From assembly GCA_965660305.1 (NCBI GenBank), contig CBFHZD010000003.1:67379-131378 (forward strand): DNA of 64,000 nt. The letters are read 5' to 3'. Positions 62,708 to 64,000 of the stretch are shown piece after piece. Below the pieces are notes generated by a model. The model was not told the DNA's origin. It did no database searches and was given only the letters and a program-made list of their open reading frames with translations. The position numbers were made by a program, and so were the translations under genes. This stretch comes from Flavobacteriales bacterium (GTDB lineage Bacteria; Bacteroidota; Bacteroidia; Flavobacteriales_D; CAJJDF01). The first letter of the stretch is position 1; every line of letters begins with the position of its first letter.

Positions 62708-63250
62708 TTAATTTACAAAATTATACTTGGAAAGAAAGTAATCCCAATCCCAAACAAACTTCTCAACGATATTATTCAATCGCTTTAAGAATTTAGGGTT
62801 TGGAGTATTCATGTCCTTAAAATACTCTTCTTGGTAAGAGGCCAAATTGTATTTGTGAAAAATACACTTGGACATGGCATAAAGGGCATTTTTTGATGGA
62901 TAGTTTATTTTACTCATAAAAGATGAGTAGTTTTTTATATGACCTTTGGTCTCAGAAATTTTTAAGTCATAAAGATTCGAAAACTTTTCTATCAGCATTT
63001 CTTTTAGTCTATCAGCTTGTTCACCTTCCAATCTTTTTTCCATGATTTTCAAATTGCCTACAAACAAAATGAGCATAAATCGGTCGTAGTCATCAGAGGA
63101 GATATTTGGCTTCTCAACAAAGTCTTTGTCATTATTTATAAGCTCAGAAATATCTGGAAAACCAACCTCCATGGCGTGTACCAAAGAATTGATTAATACA
63201 TTGGCTAGTTTGTCTTCGTTGACTTTCTTTTTAAAGATCGTTTTTAGCAT
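62708..63250 (-). CDS. Hypothetical protein
   Basis: 180-aa ORF; TATATTTG box 21 nt upstream supports the MLKTIFKKK start. Confidence 0.65.
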   Translation of the reverse strand: MLKTIFKKKVNEDKLANVLINSLVHAMEVGFPDISELINNDKDFVEKPNISSDDYDRFMLILFVGNLKIMEKRLEGEQADRLKEMLIEKFSNLYDLKISETKGHIKNYSSFMSKINYPSKNALYAMSKCIFHKYNLASYQEEYFKDMNTPNPKFLKRLNNIVEKFVWDWDYFLSKYNFVN

Positions 63251-63335
63251 AAATAACTTAAAGTTTATCTTCAAATATAAAACGTTTTATCGTCAGAGAA
63301 TAAACAGGTTACGAATGATTCTTAACTAACTATTG

Positions 63336-64000
63336 TTAATAGCTTAACAATTTGGTGATTTCTTTTTCAACCTTATCAGCATTAGGAATCATGGTTGACT
63401 CTAGCGTTGAATTAAGGGGTATGGCAGGCATATTTTCCGAACCTACAACGCTAACAGGAGCATCCAAATTTTCGAAACAATTGCGCGAAACCAATGAGGC
63501 AATACTTTGACCAAATCCGTTTCCTCTTGGTTCTTCTGTCACGACCATGCACTTTCCATGTTTGTTGGCTGTTTCTATAATCAAGTCTTCATCCAGCGGA
63601 TATATCGTTCGAATATCAATAATTTCTATTTTTCCTTTGTGTGATTTTGCAGCCTCTTTTGCCCAGTAAACTCCCATTCCATAGGTGATAATTGCAAGAG
63701 AATCTCCCTCAAGAGTTTCTTTTTCATTGGCACTTTGCACTACTCTACCTTTTCCAAATGGAATGACATAATCCTCATCCGGATCTATTGTTTTGGCTCC
63801 TTCTGTTCCCTTTATTTTACTCCAATACAATCCTTTGTGCTCAAGTATTACACAAGGATTAGGATCGTAGTATGCAGCTTTCATTAATCCTTTAAGGTCT
63901 GCTCCAGTACTCGGATAGGCAATTTTTATTCCTCTGATATTCGAGAGAACTGATTCAACACTTGATGAATGATATGGACCTCCACTACCGTAAGCACCAA
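63336..64000 (-). CDS. 2-oxoacid dehydrogenase E1 beta/transketolase-C region; 5' end lies outside the window
   Basis: Frame open to the window end (GAYGSGGPYHSSSVES), LEHKGLY, ITYGMGV, IDIRTIYPLD, VTEE, LDAPV. Confidence 0.88.
   Translation of the reverse strand, partial: GAYGSGGPYHSSSVESVLSNIRGIKIAYPSTGADLKGLMKAAYYDPNPCVILEHKGLYWSKIKGTEGAKTIDPDEDYVIPFGKGRVVQSANEKETLEGDSLAIITYGMGVYWAKEAAKSHKGKIEIIDIRTIYPLDEDLIIETANKHGKCMVVTEEPRGNGFGQSIASLVSRNCFENLDAPVSVVGSENMPAIPLNSTLESTMIPNADKVEKEITKLLSY

Noticed and set aside
1-64000. Many 60-150 aa ORFs nested antisense or out of frame in long genes (e.g. 2288-2608, 14227-14538, 62104-62556); also rRNA, tRNA, CRISPR and IS elements
   Set aside because: The nested ORFs overlap well-supported genes and lack motifs; no RNA-gene, repeat-spacer or transposase signatures were seen by eye

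Overview
AT-rich chromosomal segment of a Bacteroidota (Flavobacteriales-like, probably marine) bacterium. The assignment is inferred from T9SS C-terminal domains, signal peptides with Gln at +1, TAnnTTTG -7 promoter boxes, a full Na+-NQR operon and the ileS-dksA-lspA order. Most of the window is housekeeping: ahcY, ppx, a plsB-like/gpsA/ansA/plsC lipid operon, degQ, csp, ileS, rho, icmF, lysC, tatD, chrA, pcm, DPP-IV, nqrABCDEF, CBS, an ABC exporter and a 2-oxoacid dehydrogenase. I saw no rRNA, tRNA, CRISPR array, transposase or prophage. Signals beyond the ORF track: (1) a 28-bp XerC/XerD dif-like site at 45763-45790, suggesting the window spans the replication terminus; (2) a stand-alone, divergent class III nucleotide cyclase-like gene (3602-4516) with atypical base-specificity residues; (3) a peptide deformylase with intact motifs and a lipoprotein signal peptide (60817-61482); (4) an array of three intact and one decayed LamG-stalk-T9SS genes with mosaic, partly homogenised sequence; (5) an unannotated, internally deleted GT1 glycosyltransferase pseudogene (25661-25917); (6) an orphan immunity-like gene; (7) several promoters placed to give leaderless mRNAs. 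All calls come from reading motifs by eye; no database searches were run.
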